This document shows, piece after piece, positions 19,421-27,501 of a stretch of 64,000 nt of DNA. The DNA comes from OCS116 cluster bacterium AG-390-A19 (GTDB lineage: Bacteria; Pseudomonadota; Alphaproteobacteria; MED-G09): assembly GCA_003278145.1 (NCBI GenBank), contig QCGV01000001.1, positions 11,616 to 75,615 on the forward strand, given 5' to 3'. The notes under the pieces were generated by a model. The model was not told the DNA's origin, ran no database searches, and saw only the letters and a list, made by a program, of their open reading frames with translations. The stretch's first letter is position 1; each line of letters begins with the position of its first letter. Both the position numbers and the translations under genes were made by a program.

Positions 19421-20334
19421 TGTGATCCTCCTCCTCTCATTAAAGTAATGGTTTCTTCTGGTCTAATTAAGAGATCTGACGCCATAACAATTCCAACGCT
19501 TAAAACTAAAACGCCAAGTGCAACTCTTAAATACGGTCCTTCTAGCTTACTGCTCAATTTCACACCAATTTGAGCACCTATTGCTCCACCTAATAATAAA
19601 ATTAGGGCTAAAACTACATCAACCGTCTGGTTATGAAATGCATGTAAAAGTGTGACAATTGCAGTAACAAAAATAATTTGATAAAGGGATGTGCCTATAA
19701 CAACTGAAGTTGGCATTCTAATTATATAGATCATTGCTGGTATCATTATAAATCCACCGCCAACTCCCATAATAGAAGCTAAGATACCAACAACAAAGCC
19801 AACTAATAAAGGTGGAATGATTGAAATATAAAGCCTTGATTTTTTGAAGCGCATTCTAAACGGCAAACCCATTATCCAACTATGATGATAAGTTTTTTTT
19901 CTTTTTTTCTTTTTTAAATAACCCAGGCTATCTAAACTTTCATAAAGCATAAAGCTTCCAACACCAGTAAGAAAAAAGAAATATGTAAGAGTAATTAATA
20001 GATCTACTAATCCAATTTTTATTAAGGAATTAAAGATTCCTATACCTACAAAAGATCCAATTATTCCTCCAATAAGTAATAAGTTTCCTAATTTTATATC
20101 TACAGCTTTTCTCTTAAGGTGACCTATTGTTCCTGATAAAGAAGAACCAACTATATGATTTGCTTCTGATGCAACTGCAACTGCTGGTGGAATGCCTAAA
20201 AGTACAAGCAAAGGTGTCATTAGGAAACCTCCACCTACTCCAAACATACCTGAAAGTATACCAACTGACATTCCTAATATAAGAAATATAGATGGATTAA
20301 TGCTTATCTCTGCAATTGGTAGATATAGTTCCAT
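19417..20334 (-). CDS. sulfite exporter TauE/SafE family permease
   Basis: 305 aa, two-repeat polytopic membrane protein with GVGGGFLMTPLL / GVGGGFIMIPAM motifs. Confidence 0.85.
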   Translation of the reverse strand: MELYLPIAEISINPSIFLILGMSVGILSGMFGVGGGFLMTPLLVLLGIPPAVAVASEANHIVGSSLSGTIGHLKRKAVDIKLGNLLLIGGIIGSFVGIGIFNSLIKIGLVDLLITLTYFFFLTGVGSFMLYESLDSLGYLKKKKRKKTYHHSWIMGLPFRMRFKKSRLYISIIPPLLVGFVVGILASIMGVGGGFIMIPAMIYIIRMPTSVVIGTSLYQIIFVTAIVTLLHAFHNQTVDVVLALILLLGGAIGAQIGVKLSSKLEGPYLRVALGVLVLSVGIVMASDLLIRPEETITLMRGGGSQ

Positions 20335-20463
20335 TTTAAATAGTATTACCGTAATTAATTTTTAAAATATAACTACCTTTTAAAATTAATTATTATCAAT
20401 TGAGACAGTAATATTTTATTGATATATATATTGCTTATCAAACATATAGAGGTAAAGAAAAAA

Positions 20464-21699
20464 ATGACAGAAGCTTGGATAATTGATGCGTGTAGAACGC
20501 CTAGAGGAATAGGTAAAGCAGGAAAAGGTGCATTAAGTGGAATGCATCCTCAACATTTAGGAGCTGCGGTTTTAAAAGCTATTGCAGAACGAAATAAAAT
20601 TAATACTGCTGAAGTAGATGACATAGTGTGGGGTACTAGTTCCCAAAGAGGAACTCAAGGTGGAGATCTAGGTAGAATGGCTGCTCTTGATGCAGGTTAT
20701 GATGTCAAGTCAAGCGCCGTTACACTTGATAGATTCTGTGGATCTGGAATAACAAGTGTTAATATAGCTGCTTCTAGCGTGATGTCGGGAATGGAAGATA
20801 TGGTTCTGGCTGGTGGAACAGAAATGATGTCAACCTATGGGCAAGATGGAAATACTCCTTCTCCATTCATGGATAGCGGTAATAAAAGATTAAGAAGTGA
20901 ACACCCGCAACCACATCAAGGTGTATGTGCTGATGCTATTGCTACTTTAGAGGGTATTGATAGAGAGGCTGTTGATGCTCTAGCTTTAGTGAGTCAACAA
21001 AATGCTGATAAAGCAATAAAAGGTGGGCATTTTGATAAATCACTTATTCCAGTTTATAACGCTGATGGTGAATTAGTTCTTGATAAAGAAGAATTTCCTA
21101 GACCAGAAACAACGTTAGAAGGTTTGTCTCAACTCAAAGCTTCTTTCGAGTCACTTGCTGACTATCCTCTTGATGAAGAAGGAACTACTTTTAGAAAATT
21201 AGTATTACAAAAATATCCAGATCTTGAAATTAATCACGTTCATCATGCTGGCAATAGCTCTGGTGTGGTTGATGGAGCAGCTGCTTTATTATTGGCATCT
21301 CCTGATTACGCTAAAGCTAATGGAATGAAGCCAAGGGCAAAAATAAAAGCGATGGCAAATATGGGAGACTCTCCAACTTTAATGCTGAATGCCCCTGTGC
21401 CAGCTGCAAGAAAAGTTTTAGAAAAAGCTAATTTATCTATCAACGATATTGATCTTTTTGAAGTAAATGAAGCATTCTCAGTTGTTACGGAAAAATTTAT
21501 TCGAGATCTTGATATTGATCGGGAAAAAATTAATGTAAATGGTGGAGCTATGGCTTTAGGTCATCCAATAGGTGCTACTGGATCAATTCTTGTAGGTACT
21601 GTTTTAGATGAATTAGAAAGAAGAGATCTTCAGTTTGGTTTAGTAACTATGTGTGCTGCTGGAGGCATGGCGCCGGCTGTTATAATTGAAAGAGTTTAA
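20464..21699 (+). CDS. acetyl-CoA C-acyltransferase (thiolase)
   Basis: The start moves from the track TTG (20419) to ATG 20464, preceded by AGAGGTAAAG. Motifs: N-terminal MTEAWIIDACRTPRG, the active-site Cys region RFCGSG, and C-terminal NVNGGAMALGHPIGATG...CAAGGMA. Confidence 0.92.
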   Translation: MTEAWIIDACRTPRGIGKAGKGALSGMHPQHLGAAVLKAIAERNKINTAEVDDIVWGTSSQRGTQGGDLGRMAALDAGYDVKSSAVTLDRFCGSGITSVNIAASSVMSGMEDMVLAGGTEMMSTYGQDGNTPSPFMDSGNKRLRSEHPQPHQGVCADAIATLEGIDREAVDALALVSQQNADKAIKGGHFDKSLIPVYNADGELVLDKEEFPRPETTLEGLSQLKASFESLADYPLDEEGTTFRKLVLQKYPDLEINHVHHAGNSSGVVDGAAALLLASPDYAKANGMKPRAKIKAMANMGDSPTLMLNAPVPAARKVLEKANLSINDIDLFEVNEAFSVVTEKFIRDLDIDREKINVNGGAMALGHPIGATGSILVGTVLDELERRDLQFGLVTMCAAGGMAPAVIIERV

Positions 21700-21735
21700 T
21701 TCTTACCGACTCACATTTGAGCCGGTAAGAATTTA
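21700..21735 (+). terminator. hairpin after thiolase (TTCTTACCG ... CGGTAAGAA)
   Basis: 9-bp perfect inverted repeat 21700-21708 / 21723-21731, starting 1 nt after the stop. The T-run is short. Confidence 0.5.
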
Positions 21736-21744
21736 GTTAAATAA

Positions 21745-21787
21745 ATAGAACTTGTTTAATCTGGGGAGGAATAAAAACAAGTTCTAT
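21745..21787. terminator. 13-bp perfect stem hairpin (ATAGAACTTGTTT / AAACAAGTTCTAT), possibly bidirectional
   Basis: Arms are at 21745-21757 and 21775-21787, with a 17-nt loop containing CTGGGGAGG. It lies between the thiolase and a minus-strand mini-ORF. Confidence 0.4.
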
Positions 21788-21797
21788 TATTTATCAA

Positions 21798-21869
21798 TTA
21801 GACAAATGCAGGCGCAACAACGAAGATGGTAATTGCTATGAGAATAATGTGGGGCAACATTTTTAACAT
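21798..21869 (-). CDS. hypothetical 23-aa hydrophobic peptide MLKMLPHIILIAITIFVVAPAFV
   Basis: Minus-strand ATG..TAA ORF below the track cutoff. GAAGGAAAG lies 3 nt upstream of the ATG and the 13-bp hairpin lies just downstream. Confidence 0.25.
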   Translation of the reverse strand: MLKMLPHIILIAITIFVVAPAFV

Positions 21870-22017
21870 AATCTTTCCTTCTAAAAATTAATAACAATTT
21901 ATATAAACAAGATTCATGCCAATTTTTTTATTTAAAGTTATTTTTTATTAAAAAAATAAAGATAGACTTTAATATTTATTTCTGTGACAAATTTTTATCA
22001 ATCAAAGGCGGGAAAGT

Positions 22018-23175
22018 ATGTCGGAATTATCTCAATCACAAAATATAATAACACCTAAAAATCAAATAGGCTTGATAGGTATTCTTTTATGTGCATTTTC
22101 AGCACCTTTGATAATGCCATTAAATATTATAGCTATATCTCAGAGGTTTGTTGATGCCACTAATGGCCAAATAGGAACAATAGCAACATTTGAGACTTTA
22201 AGTATTTCAGTTGCTTCAATTATTTTATCAAGAATAGTAAATAGACTTGATAGAAAGAAGATTTTTTTTACAGCTGCAATTTTTGTTATTTTAGGAAATA
22301 TTTTAACTATTTTAGCCCCTAGCTTAAATTTTGTAATTTTAGCTAGAGTAGTTTCTGGTATAGGCTCTGGTGCAATTGTAGCAACAGTTGTCGCAACAAT
22401 TGCAAGAGGTTCTAATGCACAGATGACTTTTGCTTTTTTGAACTCAGGTGTTGGAGTTATGGGAGTTTTACTTCCTTTTTGTCTTCCAATAATTATTTCA
22501 TCAAGTGGAATGAATGGAGCCTACTCATTTCATTTGTTTATTTCTTTATTTACTTTTCTTTTTATTTCTTTCCTAACTCTCTCCAATGCTTCTGATGAAG
22601 AAAAAAATACAATAAATTCTTACAAAGGTTACGCAGGGTGGGCATCTATGGTTGGAACTTCTCTAATTTTCTTAGGCCATGCTGGTATTTTTGCATTTTC
22701 TGCAAGGATTGGGGCTTCATTAGATATTTCTGTTGTACAAGTGGGTTATGTTTTTATGGCTGGGGGAGTTTTAACTATTTTTGGTCCATTGCTTGCTGGT
22801 TTTATTGGTCAAAGATTTGGCAGTTTTTTACCGTGTCTTTTTTTAATAATTATTCTTTTAATTACAGGCGTAATTTTAGCTAACGTAACATCAGCCTTGA
22901 TGTTTTTTATTGTAGTTCCACTTTGTGGAATGATACCGATGATACTAACACCTTTTTTTCTAGGGGGAATTGCAAAGTTAGATCCAAGTGGAAGCTTAGC
23001 TGCAGCTCATCCAGCGTTTTCAACTATGGGTGGTGCCGCGGGACCGGTTGTCATGGGTTATGCTATTGATATGGCCGGCTTCCCTTCAATTGGTTGGGTT
23101 CTAATTGTTATGGTAATAGTTGGTACACCTCTTATATCACTGGGCCTAATAGAGGCTGACAGGATTAAAGCTTAA
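22018..23175 (+). CDS. MFS transporter
   Basis: 385 aa with about 12 TM segments and an MFS-like two-halves organisation. Confidence 0.8.
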   Translation: MSELSQSQNIITPKNQIGLIGILLCAFSAPLIMPLNIIAISQRFVDATNGQIGTIATFETLSISVASIILSRIVNRLDRKKIFFTAAIFVILGNILTILAPSLNFVILARVVSGIGSGAIVATVVATIARGSNAQMTFAFLNSGVGVMGVLLPFCLPIIISSSGMNGAYSFHLFISLFTFLFISFLTLSNASDEEKNTINSYKGYAGWASMVGTSLIFLGHAGIFAFSARIGASLDISVVQVGYVFMAGGVLTIFGPLLAGFIGQRFGSFLPCLFLIIILLITGVILANVTSALMFFIVVPLCGMIPMILTPFFLGGIAKLDPSGSLAAAHPAFSTMGGAAGPVVMGYAIDMAGFPSIGWVLIVMVIVGTPLISLGLIEADRIKA

Positions 23176-23240
23176 TAAATTTATTTAATTGAAATATTTT
23201 CGAAAATAATGTGGAATGAATTCAAGAATTGGAGGTTTTC

Positions 23241-23834
23241 ATGTCACGTATTAAAAAACTAGAACTAGATGATTGGGATAAAGAGTTGAGAGAAATGACT
23301 GCCGCTGATAGCGGTACACCCCTTGAGCAAGGTGCAATGAGAATGTTTGCTCATACTCCTGAAATTTCAAAAGGACTTACTGCTTTCGCTGGATCATTAA
23401 AACAGAATAGGTCACTCCCTGATAGACTAGTAGAATTGGTGAGATTAAGAGTGGCTTTTCATAATCAATGTAGGAGCTGTATGGCTATACGTTATAAGGA
23501 CGGTCAAGAAGATGGCATAACTGAGGATTTAGTTTGCTCACTTGAGAAACCAATGGAAGCAGAAAATTTATCCGATGCTGAAAAAGCAGCAATTCATTAC
23601 GGTGAATTATTTGCTACTAATCATTTAGCAATTAACGACGAGGTTTATGATAATTTAAGAAAATATTTTAGTGAATCTGAAATTGTAGAATTGTCTATGA
23701 CAGTAGCTTTTTTTGTAGGTTTCGGAAGACTTGCAGCTAGTTATCATATGGTTGAAGAATTGCCCGAATCTTTCCAGGTTAATGAGGAAGAAACTCTAAC
23801 ACCATGGGGAAATGAATCTGTAATTGTTAGATAG
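23241..23834 (+). CDS. carboxymuconolactone decarboxylase (AhpD-like) family protein
   Basis: The start moves to ATG 23241, after GGAGG. AhpD/CMD core LVELVRLRVAFHNQCRSCMAIR (CxxC). Confidence 0.8.
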   Translation: MSRIKKLELDDWDKELREMTAADSGTPLEQGAMRMFAHTPEISKGLTAFAGSLKQNRSLPDRLVELVRLRVAFHNQCRSCMAIRYKDGQEDGITEDLVCSLEKPMEAENLSDAEKAAIHYGELFATNHLAINDEVYDNLRKYFSESEIVELSMTVAFFVGFGRLAASYHMVEELPESFQVNEEETLTPWGNESVIVR

Positions 23835-23869
23835 TAATACTTCAAATTAAGAACTGATGGGAGCAAAAT

Positions 23870-24379
23870 ATGGTTAAAATAAAAAATATTGAAGATCTTT
23901 TGGCTGAACAAGCAGTTAGAAAAGCTGCAACTTGTTATTCAAGAGGAGTTGATAGATCAGATTTAGATCTCTTAAAATCTGCTTTTCACGATGATGCTGA
24001 AGTAAAGTATGGAAGTTATGATGGGCATCATGCAGAGTTTTGTAAAATCGTTGTCGATGGTCAAGCTGATATGGATTATACAACTCATACGGTAGTAAAT
24101 GAGTATTATGATATAGATGCCTCAAGCAATAAAGGTACGGGTGAAATATATGTCCTGGCTTTTATGGCAGCAGGTGGTTCTGAATACTTAGTTGCTGGAA
24201 GATATATTGATAATTATGAGTGTCGTGATGGAGATTGGAGAATATCTTCACGACAATATATCTTTGACTGGAGTAGAACAGGTGATGATGCCAATAATGA
24301 TCCAAATGGATTGTTTGCAGCCTTAACCTATAGAGGTAAACATACTATGGACGACATATCTTATGAAACTCTAGACTAG
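23870..24379 (+). CDS. SnoaL-like / NTF2 family protein
   Basis: 169 aa with a cone-fold pattern (AVRKAATCYSRGVDRSDLDLLKSAFHDDA...GRYIDNYECRDGDWRISSRQ). Confidence 0.7.
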   Translation: MVKIKNIEDLLAEQAVRKAATCYSRGVDRSDLDLLKSAFHDDAEVKYGSYDGHHAEFCKIVVDGQADMDYTTHTVVNEYYDIDASSNKGTGEIYVLAFMAAGGSEYLVAGRYIDNYECRDGDWRISSRQYIFDWSRTGDDANNDPNGLFAALTYRGKHTMDDISYETLD

Positions 24380-24382
24380 TAT

Positions 24383-25147
24383 TTACTTAGCTGTTAATCC
24401 AGCGTCGACTGTATATTCACTACCTGTAACATAAACGGATTCATCTGAAGCCAAGAATAGGGCGCAATTAGCTATATCTTCTGCTGTTCCCATTCTCTTT
24501 AAAGGAATGGCATCTGTTAAAGCGTTTATATCCCTACCCCTTTCTGCAACAATTTTTGGATCATTCATATTTGTTGCCATAAACCCAGGATGTATTGAAT
24601 TACAGCGAACATTAAATTCACCATATTCAACTGCAATATTTTTGGTTAATAAACGTACACCACCCTTACTCGCATTATAGGCTGAACAATTTGATAGACC
24701 AACAAGACCAGCTATGGATGAGATATTTATTATAGAACCATTTTTTTGTTCACGCATATCAGGTAAAAAAGTTTTACAGCCTAGAAATACAGACTTTAAA
24801 TTAACATTGATAGTTTTATCCCATTCTTCTTCTGAGGTTTCTTCTAAAGGTTTAATAATTGCTATTCCAGCGTTATTAACAAGAACATCAATTTTATTAT
24901 ATTTATCGAGAGTTTGATTTCTAACTTCATCCCAATCTTCAGGAGAAGTAACATCTTGTTCAATAAAAAAAGCTTCGCCACCGGAATTTAGAATTTCTTC
25001 TTCAACTTTTTTACCACCTTCGGTATCAATGTCTGTTAGAACTACTTTTGCACCTTCTCGAGCAAAAGCAATAGACATCGCTCTGCCTAAACTAGGGTTG
25101 GAAGCTCCACCTGTAACTACTGCAACTTTATTATCTAATCTTCCCAT
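24383..25147 (-). CDS. SDR family oxidoreductase
   Basis: 254 aa with TGGASNPSLG, NNAG and the S...YNASK catalytic motif. Confidence 0.9.
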   Translation of the reverse strand: MGRLDNKVAVVTGGASNPSLGRAMSIAFAREGAKVVLTDIDTEGGKKVEEEILNSGGEAFFIEQDVTSPEDWDEVRNQTLDKYNKIDVLVNNAGIAIIKPLEETSEEEWDKTINVNLKSVFLGCKTFLPDMREQKNGSIINISSIAGLVGLSNCSAYNASKGGVRLLTKNIAVEYGEFNVRCNSIHPGFMATNMNDPKIVAERGRDINALTDAIPLKRMGTAEDIANCALFLASDESVYVTGSEYTVDAGLTAK

Positions 25148-25156
25148 TATACTTCC

Positions 25157-26341
25157 TCATATTAAATTTCTGTATGGATTAAAAAATTTACGTATTTCAT
25201 CTATTAAAACTTCTGGCTCTTCCATAGGAGCAAAATGTCCTCCTGATGATTTAACATTCCAGTATTTAATATTGTGCTCCTTTTCCATCCACTTCCTTGG
25301 ACGGAATATCACATCCCCTTCAAATATTGTAAACCCTGTAATACTTTCAACCATTGGATGTCTATCATGTGATGGTTTCCAAATATTATGTATTGCCTCA
25401 TAATAATATCTTGCCGAAGTACCAAAGCTCTCGCTTAACCAATAAATCATTGCTGTATTAATTAGGTCGTCCTTAGAGAAACGGCTTTCAATGTCTCCAT
25501 TACAATCACTCCATGCGCGTCTCTTCTCTATTAGCCATGCTAGCAAACCTATTGGTGAGTCATTTAGTCCATAAGCTAAAGTCTGAGGTCTGGATGCTTG
25601 GATTTGAAAATAACCATTACCCTCCGTAACAAAGTTCATATTTTTTTCATGCCATTTTTTTTCACTATCACTATAAAAACTTATATCAGGATGAGGATTT
25701 GTAACAAAATCAATTGGGACGGCCATATGTGTATGGATTGCTGGGACTATTTCAGAATATTTATGACCCAGTTGAAGAGTTACTGCCGCTCCCCAGTCAC
25801 CACCATGTGCAAAAAATTTCTCATAGCCTAAAATATTCGTCATAAGTTTGACCCAAATATCCGAGGTTCTCCAAAAATTTATACCTGTTTCTTTTAAGGG
25901 TGTTGAAAAACCATACCCTGGAAGGGATGGAATAATAACATCAAATGAGTCTGATGCATTACCGCCATACTTTTCTGGATGAGCAAGTGGTTCAATGATT
26001 TTCTTATAATCCCAGAAAGTCCATGGCCAACCATGGGTAAGAATTAATGGTTTTGAATTTTCGCTAGATCCTTTTTCATATATAAAATGTATAGGGATAT
26101 TGTCTATTTCGATTTTGTAGTGTGAGAATTTATTTATTTCTTTTTCTTGTTTCTTCCAGTCATAGTTATTTGACCAATATTCAATTAAATCTTTTAGATA
26201 AGTTTCTTCAGTACCATATTTCCATTCTTTATTTCCAAAATCATTTATTAGCCTTGAATTTTTTACACGATTTAAGACATCACTAAGGATAGATTCTTCA
26301 ATATTTATAGTAAGTGAGGACTCTCTTAGTTTTTCATCCAT
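25157..26341 (-). CDS. epoxide hydrolase (microsomal-type, EHN domain + alpha/beta hydrolase)
   Basis: 394 aa with the N-terminal EH domain pattern (...YWSNNYDWKKQEKEINKFSHYKIEIDNIPIHF...) and oxyanion motif HGWPWTF. Confidence 0.85.
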   Translation of the reverse strand: MDEKLRESSLTINIEESILSDVLNRVKNSRLINDFGNKEWKYGTEETYLKDLIEYWSNNYDWKKQEKEINKFSHYKIEIDNIPIHFIYEKGSSENSKPLILTHGWPWTFWDYKKIIEPLAHPEKYGGNASDSFDVIIPSLPGYGFSTPLKETGINFWRTSDIWVKLMTNILGYEKFFAHGGDWGAAVTLQLGHKYSEIVPAIHTHMAVPIDFVTNPHPDISFYSDSEKKWHEKNMNFVTEGNGYFQIQASRPQTLAYGLNDSPIGLLAWLIEKRRAWSDCNGDIESRFSKDDLINTAMIYWLSESFGTSARYYYEAIHNIWKPSHDRHPMVESITGFTIFEGDVIFRPRKWMEKEHNIKYWNVKSSGGHFAPMEEPEVLIDEIRKFFNPYRNLI

Positions 26342-26366
26342 TATACAAAACCCCTTATTTAAGACT

Positions 26367-27293
26367 TTATCTTCTTCTTTGATTTCTGATAAAATTTCTT
26401 ATTTCAACAATATTCTCATAATTTTGATGACTTACTTTTATAAAACCCTGACTTTCCCCAAAAGTAATTTCTTTAAAACACTGTTTATCTTCTTTTTGTA
26501 AATTAAGATTATGATTTATAAGCTCTTCTTTGAAATCCTCTGGGAGATCTTTTCTGATAACATGAGGGCCATTCATAATAAATCCTGACAACCATATCAC
26601 TCTTAATTCATCCATATTTAGAAGTCCTTTTTTAATCATATTTTTAAAAACTCCTCTAGTGTAACCTTCCTCAGCTGAACCAACCCCAGAAACCCAAGTT
26701 GCACCAGCATCATATTGATTATTTAAGACAGCTATTATTGCTTGCTCATGTCCTCCTGCAAAACCTGTTCGACTAAAAAATGTTGATGGATTTATCCCTC
26801 TTTGATGTAATTCATATGAAGGTACAAGATAACCAGAAGTAGTATTAGGATCTGACCATGCAATTGATTTTCCTCTCATATCTTCCAGGGAATATATTTC
26901 AGAGTCTTTTCTAACATACATAGCTGATTTATACCCATTGGATCCGTCTGACTCTTTTACTGTTAAAATTGGCTCAACAGCTTTTGGATCATCTATGTAC
27001 ATTGCCGCATATGCAGATGGACCTACACTTGCATAATCAAGGGTTTTACCTAGTAATCCATGAATTATTCCAGCAACATCTGAGGCGGGGTAAAACTTTA
27101 CAGGAATTTCAAGTTTTCTTTCTAAATAAGCTCGCCAACATTCATAATTTTTTAACCTGTCTGCTTCATTTTCTCCACCGGCAAGTCCAATTTTAAATTC
27201 TTTAGGTCTATCCACTTGTGAGAAAACCATATTAGGCAAGCTAATTGTAAAAAATAAGAAAAGAAGGAAAATTAACCAATTTTTTATGTACAT
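26367..27293 (-). CDS. PhnD-family periplasmic substrate-binding protein (phosphonate/phosphite-type), orphan
   Basis: 308 aa with a signal peptide and PhnD-like blocks (DYASVGPSAY, YKSAMYVRKDS, MRGKSIAWSDPNTTSGYLVP, GGHEQAIIAV). No ABC permease or ATPase gene occurs anywhere in the window. Confidence 0.8.
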   Translation of the reverse strand: MYIKNWLIFLLFLFFTISLPNMVFSQVDRPKEFKIGLAGGENEADRLKNYECWRAYLERKLEIPVKFYPASDVAGIIHGLLGKTLDYASVGPSAYAAMYIDDPKAVEPILTVKESDGSNGYKSAMYVRKDSEIYSLEDMRGKSIAWSDPNTTSGYLVPSYELHQRGINPSTFFSRTGFAGGHEQAIIAVLNNQYDAGATWVSGVGSAEEGYTRGVFKNMIKKGLLNMDELRVIWLSGFIMNGPHVIRKDLPEDFKEELINHNLNLQKEDKQCFKEITFGESQGFIKVSHQNYENIVEIRNFIRNQRRR

Positions 27294-27501
27294 TTTTAAT
27301 TAAGCCTAAAAATTGTATTTATAAAATAAATATTAATTATTTTTATATTGAATAATGCTCCTTTTAAATGTAGCATTTTTAGATAGATCAAAATAGCAAA
27401 TAAATAATAATAAAAATAAATATAAGTTAATATGGTTTAAGAATTTATTACAAATTAAATAGTTGCTTTTTTTTCTTTATAAAATAAGGGGGCTAATTAA
27501 T

